In this document: in pieces, positions 13,468-24,890 of the stretch
Position numbering within the stretch: the first letter of the stretch is position 1
How the letters are laid out: each line of letters starts with the position of its first letter
From: Octopus sinensis
Taxonomy: Eukaryota
Length of the DNA: 64,000 bases
Assembly (NCBI RefSeq): GCF_006345805.1
Contig: NC_043022.1
Location: forward strand, 8,866,001 to 8,930,000
Direction of reading: 5' to 3'
Position numbers and translations under genes: made by a program
The notes under the pieces: generated by a model
Databases searched by the model: none
What the model saw: only the letters and a program-made list of their open reading frames with translations
Told to the model about the DNA's origin: nothing

Positions 13468-13785
13468 TTATCATCATCATCATCATTTAACGTCCGCTTT
13501 TCATGCTAGCATGGGTTGGACGGTTCAACTGGGGTCTGGGAAGCCAGAAGGCTGCACCTGGCCCAGTCTGATCTGGCTGCGTTTCTACAGCTGGATGCCC
13601 TTCCTAACGCCAACCACTCCGTGAGTGTAGTGGGTGCTTTTTACGTGCCACCAGCACAGGTGCCAGATGAGGCTGGCAAACGGCCACGATCAGATGGTGC
13701 TTTTTACATGCCACCGGCATGGAGGCCAGACGAGGCTGGCAACGGCCACGATCGGATGGTGCATTTTACGTGCAACCGGCACTAG
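13468..13785 (-). mobile_element. RTE-type LINE/SINE 3' end with (GAT)n tail
   Basis: (CAT)n-ttaacgtccgct...gctagcatgggttggacgg...ctacagctggatgcccttcctaacgccaaccactcc, followed by ~60-bp modules. Confidence 0.75.
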
Positions 13786-13989
13786 ACTATATTATCTACT
13801 GTATCCATCCTCTTCTAAAGGTAGTAATGTGTCATATGAGGAGTATTTAGCTACAACTTCAAACAAGTTGACCAACCACTGACAAGTTCCCTGATTGGCT
13901 TGAACCAGTTACAGGTTGCTGTTTTTGCTATTGTTGTTATTGGTGTTAGTCATGGTGATAATGATGATTTTTGTATTTGCTGAAAGGGC

Positions 13990-14460
13990 AATGAGTGAGG
14001 AGACATTTCAAGAACTATAAAGAGGCACACTCCAGAAGACAGCAGCAAACATGCTCAGAAAAACAAGTTCAAAGCCCCAAAATTGTTAACATCTACCAGG
14101 AATTTCAACATCAATTGCGATGTAGACCACTTCTAATTAAAATTAAGGCAAGGCAGCAGAGGTTTAACATTAATTCAAATCAGCTTTAGAAGTAGCTTCA
14201 TTTCCCTTCGACAACATCTACTACCTGCCAAATATCAAAGTGTAATCATGGGTCAAGTTTGCATACATGAGGCTGATACCATCATGAGAGTTGCAGAGGA
14301 ACTTTTCAGTAAGTACTCCCTGACTGGTAACAGAGATGTACACCCAGGAAATTTCCCCAACTCTACTATAACTGATCACTAGAAGACAGGCTGCTTACAT
14401 ACAAGCAAATGGTCTTACATGGCTATGTTCTCAAAGTTTCAAACTGACTGAGACATGGTC
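13990..14460 (+). pseudogene. Possible highly decayed LTR-retrotransposon gag-like remnant
   Basis: Fragment RQHLLPAKYQSVIMGQVCIHEADTIMRVAEELF loosely resembles Ty3/gypsy gag C-terminal motifs; many stops. Weak similarity from memory only. Confidence 0.2.
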
Positions 14461-14490
14461 ATTCATGACCAAAGAGGGTCTTTTATTTAT

Positions 14491-14527
<37 letters not shown>

Positions 14528-15439
14528 TGTATGTCTTAGTATTTATATTTGTTCCTCTAACACCATCAGTTGGCTACTAGTGTTGCTTTGTTTATGTCCC
14601 TGTAACTTAGCAGTTGGGCAAATGAGCTCATTAGAATCAAGATGGTACTCTAACACACCCACAGTCCAATGATTGAAACATATAAATGACAAAAGAGAGA
14701 AAATATATCTAAATAGTAAGAAAAATATCTTAAAATGACCTTAAATGAGACTAAGAATAACAATGAAAGAAATAAAGAAAAAAAGAATCAAATAAAATTT
14801 AAAAAATGAAGACTGTATGTAGGTCATGATCCATGAGGGAGGAGGAAATAGAAACAGTTCCTACAGAAAGGAAGTTTAGAGGTGGCCATCACCTTTTGTT
14901 AAGCCAATTAACCTGACATTTTTCTTCCATTTCCCTCTAGAGGAGACAAAATAATCAATCTTGAGCTAAATATGTATAGAAGAGGTTGAAGAACTTATCA
15001 GTCTGATTGGATGTTATAACAGACTAGAAAGGAGCCTAATTTACTTAGAGACCATCAAATAATTCTTTCTAACTTTAGCACAAAGCCAGCAATTTTGAGG
15101 GGAGGGGGAAGATAATTATGTCGATCTCAGTACTTGACTGGTACTTTGTTCTATTGAAAGGATGAAAGCGAAATTAACTTCAGTGGAATTTGAACTCAAA
15201 TAAAATATTAATTTCAAATTTTGGCACAAAATGCTAACGTGGTCTTTGATATATTATTACAAAACAGAAAGAAAAAACAGGAACGGTCATGGTTGGAATG
15301 TCTCTGGTGATAGGTTTACTTGATTAACTTTGACCTGGAGTTAAACACTGCAACTAACAACAACCCCACAGAAAACAGGAAAATCATGTCATCATAGAAA
15401 TCATCACTCTTAGTGCTAAGCATTTTACCCAATATGTTA

Positions 15440-16575
15440 ATGATGCTTATTTCTTTATTGCCCACAAGGGGTTAAACACAGAGGGGACAAACAAGGACAG
15501 ACAAAGGGATTAAGTCGATTACATAGACCCCAGTGCATAACTGATACTTAATTTATCGACCCCAAAAGGATGAAAGGCAAAGTTGACCGTGTCGTAATTT
15601 GAACTCAGAACTTAAAGGCAGACGGAATACCTATTTCTTTACTACCCACAAGGGGCTAAACACAGAGGGAACAAACAAGGACAAACAAACGGATTAAGTC
15701 GATTACATCAACCCTAGTATGTAACTGGTACATAATTTATCGACCCCGAAAGGATGAAAGGCAAAGTTGACCTTGGCGGAATTTGAACCCAGAACATAAA
15801 GACAGACGGAATACCGCTAAGCATTTCACACGGCATGCTAAAGTTTCTGCTAGCTCGCCGCCTTATATGTTAATGATTCTGCCAGTTCACCACCTTAACA
15901 TGAATAAAATATTGATTTCGAATTTTTGGCACAAAGTCAGCAATATCAGGGGAGTGGGGTAAGTCAATTACATAGACCCCAGTGCTCAATCGATACTTAA
16001 TTTATCGACCCCAAAAGGATGAAAGGCAAAGTTGACCGTGTCGTAATTTGAACTCAGAACTTAAAGGCAGACGGAATACCTATTTCTTTACTACCCACAA
16101 GGGGCTAAACACAGAGGGAACAAACAAGGACAAACAAACGGATTAAGTCGATTACATCAACCCTAGTATGTAACTGGTACATAATTTATCGACCCCGAAA
16201 GGATGAAAGGCAAAGTTGACCTTGGCGGAATTTGAACCCAGAACATAAAGACAGACGGAATACCGCTAAGCATTTCACACGGCATGCTAAAGTTTCTGCT
16301 AGCTCGCCGCCTTATATGTTAATGATTCTGCCAGTTCACCACCTTAACATGAATAAAATATTGATTTCGAATTTTTGGCACAAAGTCAGCAATATCAGGG
16401 GAGTGGGGTAAGTCAATTACATAGACCCCAGTGCTCAATCGGTACTTATTTTATCGACCCAGAAAAGATGAAAGGCAAAGTAGGCAGAAATTGAATGCAG
16501 ATCATAAAGAGAGATGAAATGCCACTAAGCATTTTGCCCAGTGTGATAACGATTCTGCCAGCTCACTGCCTTGAA
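15440..16575 (-). mobile_element. Cluster of SINE family A copies containing a near-exact 449-bp tandem duplication
   Basis: catagacccc recurs at 15522, 15971 and 16420; 15543-15991 matches 15992-16440. Confidence 0.9.
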
Positions 16576-16737
16576 ATCAAATTAAATGTTAACTAATGAA
16601 ATGGATTACACCAACACCTTTCAATCATTATTGCTTTTTTTTTTTCTCTTGTTTCTACCTGAAAATTGACCTCATTATTTATGTTTTTTCTTAAGTCTTG
16701 TACTTATTCTCACTCTTTTGCCAAACATCTAAGTTCA

Positions 16738-17160
16738 TCATCATCATCATCATCATCATCGTTTAACGTCCGCTTTCCATGCTAGCATGGGTTGGACGAT
16801 TTTGACTGAGGGCTGGCGAACCAGGCTCCAATCTTGAATTGGTAGAGTTTCTACAGCTGGATGCCCTTCCTAATGCCAACCACTCCGAGAGTGTAGTGGG
16901 TGCTTTTTATGTGCCACTGGCATGGGGGCCAGTCAGGCAGTACTGGCAACGACCTCGCTCAAATCCTTTTACACATGCCACCAGCACAGGTGCCAGTTAG
17001 GTGACTTTGGTAACAATCACACTTGAATGGTGCCCTTTTACGTGCCACTGGCATGGAAGCCAGTTGGCTGCTCTGGCAACGATCACGCTCGGATGGTGCT
17101 CTTGGCACCCTACTAGCACGGGCACAAGTGCCAGTAAGGTGATGCTGGTAACGATCACAT
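16738..17160 (-). mobile_element. RTE-type 3'-end element with internal modules
   Basis: Same tail and core as 13468; internal modules nearly identical to 28655-29095. Confidence 0.75.
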
Positions 17161-18555
17161 GGATACATAATCAAAACAACACCAATTTTCAAGTGCTGAT
17201 GGGGACAAACACAAAGACACACATTAGCACATACATATATACACATATATTGCTGACATCATAAACACTAAGAAGCTTGGATGAATGTGAAATAATTCAG
17301 TTTCAGTTGTGAAACTCTAAAGCTATAAATAATAGCATTTAAATAATGGATGAAGAAATCCCTTTGGTTAGAAAAAATGAAAGGTTGTCAATATATACAG
17401 GCTATTATTTGTAACTTTATCTACTTAAAGCTTCATAATACAAAATGAATTATGTGTGTGTGTGCTCGTGCGCATGCACAACAGGCTTCCACACAGTTTC
17501 AATCTACTAAATTTACTCACGAGTTATTAGTCAGTGCAATGCTGTAACAGAAAACAATTGCCATGCAAGGTGCTATGTGGTGGGACTAAACCTGAGGCCA
17601 TATAGTTGCAAAGCTCGCTTCAAATGCAAGGACACACACACATGTGTATATATATATATATACGATGGGCTTCTTTCAGTTTCTGTCTACCAAATCCACT
17701 CACAAGGTTTTAGTCAGCCCAAAGCTATAGTAGAAGACACTTTCTCAAGGTGTCATGCAGCGGGACTGAACTTGGAACCATGTAGTTGGGAAGCAGGTTT
17801 CTTACCACACAGCCACTCCTGTGCCAATCCACCTGAAGCTGCCCCAGGTTCTATGACATAAACTTACTGTCTTAAAGTGGTCTAAATTATAATCTTCCAT
17901 TAAAATTTTATGCTAATTTGTTCCAGACCCCTGCTTAATAATGAGAAAGTTATTTTATTAAAATCTTCATTATTTTAAAAATTAATGGAAACAGTTTGTT
18001 AACAGAAGTATGGAAACAAAAGTGTGTTAAGTGAAGTTAACAGTCTTTGTGTTTCTGAATGACTAATATGTTTCTTCCCTGCTGTAACTGTTTTACTTTC
18101 AAAACATGGTCTCAGATCAAATCACTTGCAGGACTAGTGCAGCTCACTACCAAAAATGTAATTTTCTTCTTTCAAGAATTGAATTTTAAAGGAAGCCAAA
18201 AATATTCTTTAAAATTGAAATTATCTCTTATTTTAATATGTAGTTCTTAAAAAAAAGAAGGCACAGACCTGTGACTTTTCAGGCTCTAATGAAGTCAAAG
18301 TATTAATTATATTGACTTCATTAGGGCCTGAAATGTTTAATTTGAACTTTTGTTGGTTAACTAGAATTAAATTACAAAGCATATTGTTGTCTGGAATTAA
18401 ATTACAAACATTTGTAGTTCAGATAATTGTAGGGGAAATTTTAAACAGCCCCTGCTATTATCAAAATATTCAAAATATCATTTCAGCTTTGTGAAGTTGA
18501 CATGTGCTGAGAAAATATAAACTGGGAATGAGTTATTGAGTGTTAATATTTTGGT

Positions 18556-18909
18556 TCTTCTTTTTTGTCAAATAAACACATGCACTCTGCCCTTCACTCA
18601 TTTCTTATTGTCTGGAAATCTTTCATCACACATCTGTGATATCCTCAGTGTCTATTCCATCCTACATTGTCTCTTCCTGTTCTGTTTAGTCCAGAATGGA
18701 CATAAGATAAAATAAAAATAATAATAAACTAGTGAAGAACAAATATATAGTGCATATTTGTTTGTATTCCACCTGCCTTCGTCTTTTGTTTATTTCCGTA
18801 AACCTGCCTTCGTCTTTTGTTTATTTCCGTAAACCTGCCTTCATCTTTTGTCTATTTTCATAAAGCTTCCCGTTATATAGTGCATATGTTTATTTGACAA
18901 GAAAAATAA
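18556..18909. mobile_element. MITE-like inverted repeat pair with a nested insertion bearing a 14-bp direct repeat
   Basis: ttgtcaaataaacacatgcact (18565-18586) is inverted to agtgcatatgtttatttgacaa (18879-18900); tatatagtgcatat at 18744 and 18874 flanks three 31-bp tandem units. Confidence 0.65.
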
Positions 18910-19065
18910 ATGACCATCCCAAAAACATAACAATATTTTGGTAATTGTTTGTGGGTGGTAGTTTTAGAAATCAGTTTAATTATAATTTGTAATATTTCGT
19001 TTTTGGATTTGGTTTGCAAGATTCTTTATATGAGTTCGTGTGTTGAAGCATATTCTGTTGTGTCT

Positions 19066-19221
19066 GGGGAGAGTCATTCTCTTTTAGTGCCTTATTATTT
19101 AACACACTCATCGGTAAAATTTCCACTTATTCTTATTTTTATTTTCTAAAATTTCGTTTCGTGGAAATTTTACCAGTGAGTGTGTTAAATAATAAGGCAC
19201 TAAAAGAGAATGACTCTCTCC
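19066..19221. repeat. Inverted repeat, ~60-bp arms, 34-bp spacer
   Basis: gagagtcattctcttttagtgccttattatttaacacactc...aaatttccac versus gtggaaattt...gagaatgactctc. Confidence 0.9.
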
Positions 19222-19815
19222 ATCAGCTCAGTGTGATGAAAGACATTCCATCTGTGGCTTCCCAGAAACATTTGGCTATTACTTTTAGCAGGCTAAGCAA
19301 CCATGTAGAAATTCTCCCATCAGTTCAATGTAATGAAAATTATTTCTTTTGTAGCTTCCTACATTTTTTCTCACCAACAATATATCTTTAAGTACATAAG
19401 CCGATGTTTTCTTCAGTAGGGTGAGGATTGCCAAAGACATTTGGTTGTTATTTTTAGCAGGATGAGCAACCATATAGAAATTCTCCAATCAGCTCAATGA
19501 GATGAAAGACATTCCATCTATGGCTTCCCACATTATTTTTTCTTGCTAATGTATCCTTCAATAGGGTATGTGGATTTCCAGAGATATGTGGATTTCCAGA
19601 GACATTTGGCTGTTATTTTTAGCAGGATGAGCAACCATGTAGAAATTCTCCAATCAGCTCAATGAAATGAAAGACATTCCATCTATGGCTTCCCACATTA
19701 TTTTTTCTTGCTAATGTAGCCTTCAATAGGGTAGGTATGTGGATTTCCAGAGACATTTGGCTGTTATTTTTAGCAGGTGGAGCAACGATGTAGAAAATCT
19801 CTCATCAGCTCAATG
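19221..19815. repeat. Four diverged tandem units of ~150-170 bp
   Basis: Anchor agcaac(c/g)at at 19296, 19465, 19630 and 19781. Confidence 0.85.
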
Positions 19816-20239
19816 ATGTATTTTAATTAATTTTTGTATTGTATCAGAAAGTGAAAAAAACAAAAAAAAAAAACAAAAAAACAAAAAAAGATAATTAGTT
19901 GTACATCTTTGAATCAGTCTAATCTTATCTTTGACAACATTCCGTTAGTAAACTACTCCACAAAAGTTTCTCTCTCTTCTCTTTTGTGTTATGGATGTTC
20001 AGTAGAATCTTTATAGTATTAAAAAAGAAAAAAAAGAAAAACAGATAAACCATTGAACTATTCACTCAGAGAATTCACTCAACTTATCTATTTTAGCTTC
20101 CTAACCTTTTACAAACATTATTTTTTGGAAAAAAAAAATTTTCAAAAAAATAAAAGAAAAAGTTATATATTCAAATATTCAATTGTAAACAAAGAGACAA
20201 AATAAATTTCAAAAAAGTTTTTCTTTCAAACAAATTTGA

Positions 20240-20677
20240 TGATAGTAATGGTTAGTGGTGATAGTAGTAGTACTAGTAGTAGTAGTAGTAATAGTAGTAG
20301 TAATGATGATAATCATAATAATAGTGGTGGTGATGATAATACTAATAATGATAATAATAACGATGATGGTGATGACGATAGTGATGATGGTGATGCTGAT
20401 AATCATGATGAATCTGAAGAAATAGTGCAACTTAAATTCTACTTTGGTATGGTAACCCAGACAACCTAACTTTAACAACATTGGTTTTCTCTCAGATTAA
20501 GACACTTATCAAAGAGCTAATTTTAATTTGTCTTTGATTCGCTTAAAGATAAAACTTGTAATCTTAAATAAAATGTAAAAAAAAACATTAAAAATAAAAC
20601 AAAACGCAAAAAAATTATCATTAATTGATTGCAAAATTAAATTTAAAATGGAATAGATATGCTTAAAGGTACAGACC

Positions 20678-20709
<32 letters not shown>

Positions 20710-20726
20710 TATTAACAATAATAATG

Positions 20727-20760
<34 letters not shown>

Positions 20761-20900
20761 TATTAACAATAATAATGATAATAATAATAATAATAATAGT
20801 AATAATAATAATATCAATAGTAATAATAATGATATTGACAATAATAATAGTAATAATAATAATGATATTAATGGTGATGATGATATAAATAATAATAATG
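20240..20900. repeat. Compound trinucleotide tracts (AGT/GAT/AAT)
   Basis: Visible; source of several low-complexity ORFs. Confidence 0.9.
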
Positions 20901-21736
20901 TTCTTTTATAATAAGCGTGCAACTGATAAGGGAGTAGTGTAATACGATTTTTAAATATCGGCAACAAAATTACTAAAATATCATTTGAAGAATTGTTCCG
21001 ATTTTATTTCTATTTTTTTTTTCTTTTGTTTCCATGAAATTGCCTGAAATCATTCTAAAATCACTAATCAAATATATAAGAAGTCTTGATGGTGGTGGTG
21101 TTGTTATTTAGCACCCAGAGTAGCCCTGATTGAGCAGATTCATAATCAAAGATCCAGCTAAGAACATCCTATTTTTCTCCAACTAGATTGTATTTAAAGA
21201 GGGCATCATACATTATGAGAATGAATGTCTTGTGATACACCCCCATATATATATATATATCTTTACTGTTCCAAACAAGTAGTAGTACAAAAAAATAAAA
21301 TGAAGTTGAAAATGCACAGAGAATATATGTATGTGTATGTGTGTGTGTGAGTATATGTATATATTTTGAAATTTAAATAAATGTACATATATTGTCTGTG
21401 TATTTTCAACTTCATTTATTTTTGACACATAAATTATATCGGCAGTTTTTGTATGGAATTTAGAGCCAGCGCTGTAAGTTACATATATGTAAACAATACA
21501 AGCAAAGATAGAAAAATAGGTGATGGGTGTATATACATGTTTCAGGAGTTATTGTTCCTTCTTCAGTACCACATCCAACTCATTAACCTTCCACGAATAC
21601 ATTGCTCAAAGAACCACTAAGTTTAGTTGTTTAACACAATTAGATAACCAATTAACAAATGAAACACTTAAAACAAAGAAAATAACAAACAGCTAACAGA
21701 AAATGGGATACAGTATTGACATATAAGCCTTCAATA

Positions 21737-22545
21737 TATTTTGGGTCATCCCATAAATAATGTGGTTTTTATATACTTCTTTTAGTTTTTCAAAATTAAG
21801 ATATACAAAGTTCTTTTTTAATCTAAAATATAATCACCTTCATTTTCTACAATGTTCTTCCATCTATCTGGTAGACTTGCAAGGCCCCTCTTCCAAAATT
21901 CACTTGTCCGTCATAAAAAATACTCTTGTGACCTCGTCTACAAAATTCATATTTTTTCTGTCCAAATGATTTTGAAGACTGTGGAATAACTGATAATCAG
22001 ATGGGGCAATGTCTGGTGAATATGGTGGGTGGGGTATCGTTTCCCATTCAAACTGCTCCAGCCTTTGAAATGTCATCTTTGCTGTATGTGGCAGAACATT
22101 ATCCTGATGGAGGAACACCTTTCGTCTTGAAACCAAAGATGGTCGTTTTTTTTCTTGCACTGACTTAAGCTGCTCAAGCTGCTTGCAGTAGATTTCCTCT
22201 GTTATTGTTTGGTTTGGGTTTAAAAGTTTTAAGTGGACCAAACCTTTCATATCCCACCAAACAGATAACAACACCTTAAGTGGATGAAGACCTTCTTTAG
22301 CCTGGGGTACCAGTATTTTTCCTTTCCTTACCCACTGTCTTCAGCACTTGACATTTTTATAGAGAACCCATTTCTTGTCACTATTCAGTCTGAAAAAGGT
22401 TCATAGAATGGAAAACAAAATAGTGGAAAATCCAACATTTGTCAGGAAGGTTCTGAAACAGCATGCATTCTCTCCTGACCTCGTAAGCCTACTAGCATCT
22501 GGTATGCAGAGCTTTTAACTGGTGGCACTTGCATATGCAAGTTGT
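21737..22545 (-). mobile_element. 5'-truncated decayed mariner element
   Basis: Transposase remnant plus TIR-like end ttgggtcatcccataaataatgtggtttt at about 21740. Confidence 0.85.
21818..22400 (-). pseudogene. Mariner DD34D transposase pseudogene (catalytic domain)
   Basis: KWVLYKNVKC*RQW...EGLHPLKVLLSVWWD...FLHQDNVLPH...HPPYSPDIAPSDY, then frameshifted EFWKRGLASLPDRWKNIVENEGDYILD*. Hallmark mariner motifs with an in-frame stop and frameshifts. Confidence 0.92.
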
Positions 22546-22597
22546 TTGCAAAAATATATATATATATAAACACTACATGTACATATGTTGGATGTGT

Positions 22598-22648
<51 letters not shown>

Positions 22649-22679
22649 CATGCATGCATGTATGTGTGTGCGTATATGT

Positions 22680-23015
22680 GACCCCCTTCAGTCACGACAC
22701 TGACCATGGGATTGCACCTAGAAAGTTACCCTCCTAGTCACAAGTCTGGGCAAGGTGGTTTATAGAAGACCAGCAGTCGCCCATGCATACCGGCCTCCCC
22801 TCTCTACGCCACCAGTGTTATCCAAGGGAAAAGCAGCAGCCAATACAGCTTGGCACCTGTGACATTGCAACTCATTTCTACAGCTGAGTTAACTGGAGTA
22901 ACGTAAAATAAAGTGTCTTGCTCAAGAACACAACACACAGCCCAGCCCGGGATTCGAGCTCACAACCTCATGATTGTAAGCTCGATGCTCTAACCACTGA
23001 GTCACGCGCCTTCAT
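22680..23015 (-). mobile_element. tRNA-derived SINE (family C)
   Basis: Minus-strand head ggcgcgtgactcagtggttagagcatcg...ctcgaatcccggg with A/B-box-like motifs, then tgttcttgagcaagacacttt core. Confidence 0.8.
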
Positions 23016-23067
23016 GCGTATATACATACATACATACATGCATACATGCATACACAGGCTTTTCTGT

Positions 23068-23330
23068 GAGGGCACATGCCTTAGAGGTTAGGATGTTGCA
23101 CTCATGATTTAGCAATCATGATTTCAATTCCTAGACTGGGTGGTGCATTGTGTACCTGAGAGAAACACTTCATCTCATGTTGCTCTGTGATGACTTCGAC
23201 ACCTGACATGTGGTACACTGTGCACCTGTTCAGATAACATTAATTTGTTGGAGAGAGTGAGCTAATGTGCAGCACAAACGTTTAATCACTCTAGGCAAAT
23301 CATTTGTACAGATCGCTCAGCAAAAGCTGA
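23068..23330 (+). mobile_element. Diverged tRNA-derived SINE
   Basis: Head gagggcacatgccttagaggttagg...tttcaattcct. Confidence 0.6.
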
Positions 23331-23838
23331 ATGCTCATTCGTCATCTTCAGCAGGAGAGTCCATCATATATACAGGCTTTTGTACAGTTTCTCTCTTCTA
23401 TATTTCACTCCAAGGTATTTGTCAGCCCAAAGTGCCATGCAGTGGAACTGAACCCCAAAACCATATGGCTGCAAAGCAAATTTCTTGATCACACAACCAT
23501 GTCTTTGTTTTGCTTGCATGAGTATCAGTATCACTGTAGAAAATGTAAATATATCTTCAACACTCACCAGATAACCGACAAGTGTAGGTGCTTAGTTTTA
23601 ATTTCATGGTAAATGCATAAATAGACTCCAGGGAAGGAATTAGAAAACCCAGGGAGAAAATCCTTGAAGACCACTTTAAATTATGTGTAATCTAATAAGG
23701 TCTTAGTTTAGAACAATTTATTAAATATTCAGAGAAAATGTAATTTCGGATAATGTCGAAATGTAATTATATGTATTAAAGAAATGAAAATGTAAGGTGT
23801 CCTTTTAATGATATTTTTTTATGAATATAAGACAGTTA

Positions 23839-23874
<36 letters not shown>

Positions 23875-23876
<2 letters not shown>

Positions 23877-24000
23877 TTACAAGATAAGGGCAGAAGAAAA
23901 AATTCTAATGCCAGATACGCCGAAACAAAAAATTGTCAACAATTTTTTGTTTCGGTGTATCTGGCATTAGAATTTTTTCTTCTGCCCTTATCTTGTAAGT
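23875..24000. repeat. Near-perfect palindrome, 62-bp arms, 2-nt loop
   Basis: 23875-23936 is the reverse complement of 23939-24000 with one mismatch; (TA)n on the left. Confidence 0.95.
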
Positions 24001-24087
24001 TATGTATAAATTTTACCTTTAAAGGCATTTTTTGATATGCTGGCCATTGATAAAATTTTTCTCCCGAAAAAAATTTTATCCTATATC

Positions 24088-24138
<51 letters not shown>

Positions 24139-24454
24139 GCTTTCAAATTTGGCACCAGGCCAGCAAGTTTAGGGGAGAGCGTTAGTTGGTTACATCTACC
24201 CCAGTGCTCAACTGGTACTTATTTTATTGATCCTGAAAGGACGAAATGTGAAGTCAACTTCAGCAGCATTTGAACTCAGAACGTACAGATAAAATGTTGT
24301 TAAGCATTTAACCCAGCATGCTAACAGTTCTGCCAGTTTGCTGCCTTGGAATATATATAATGCTATATGTTATCTGCAGAAACGAAGTGGGATTTTATGC
24401 AAAAATCCTTCCTTGCTAATGATTTTGCATTTTAGTTTTTTGTTTACTTTCTGT

Positions 24455-24890
24455 ATAGGTGTAGCTGTGTGGTAAGGAGTTTGCTTCCCAACCACATGGT
24501 TTCAAGTTCAGTCCCACTACAAGTCACCATGAGCAAATGTCTTTTACTATAGCCCTAAGCTGACTAAAGCCCTGTGAGTGGATTTGGTAGACAGAAATTG
24601 AAAGAAGCCTCTTCGACACACAAACTTTCACACATACACACACACACACACACATGCACATGCTTGTGTGTGTAACTGTATATGTGTGTATGTGTCATCT
24701 CTCTGCCTTGACATTATGTGGTAGTTCTGTGTGTCACCAAATCTGTCCTTTATTCCCGGTCCACCATGAAATCATGTCTGGCTGTGGGGAACCTTATTTG
24801 AAAACAAATAAGAGCTGGCAACAAAAAATCCACCTCAGCAAATACTGTTCAACCCATGCAAGTATGGAAAAGTGGATGTTGAAACAATGA
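24455..24890 (+). mobile_element. SINE family B head with alternative 3' part
   Basis: ggtgtagctgtgtggtaaggagtttgcttcccaaccacatggtttcaagttcagtccc head; ends in catgcaagtatggaaaagtggatgttgaaac-(GAT)n. Confidence 0.7.
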
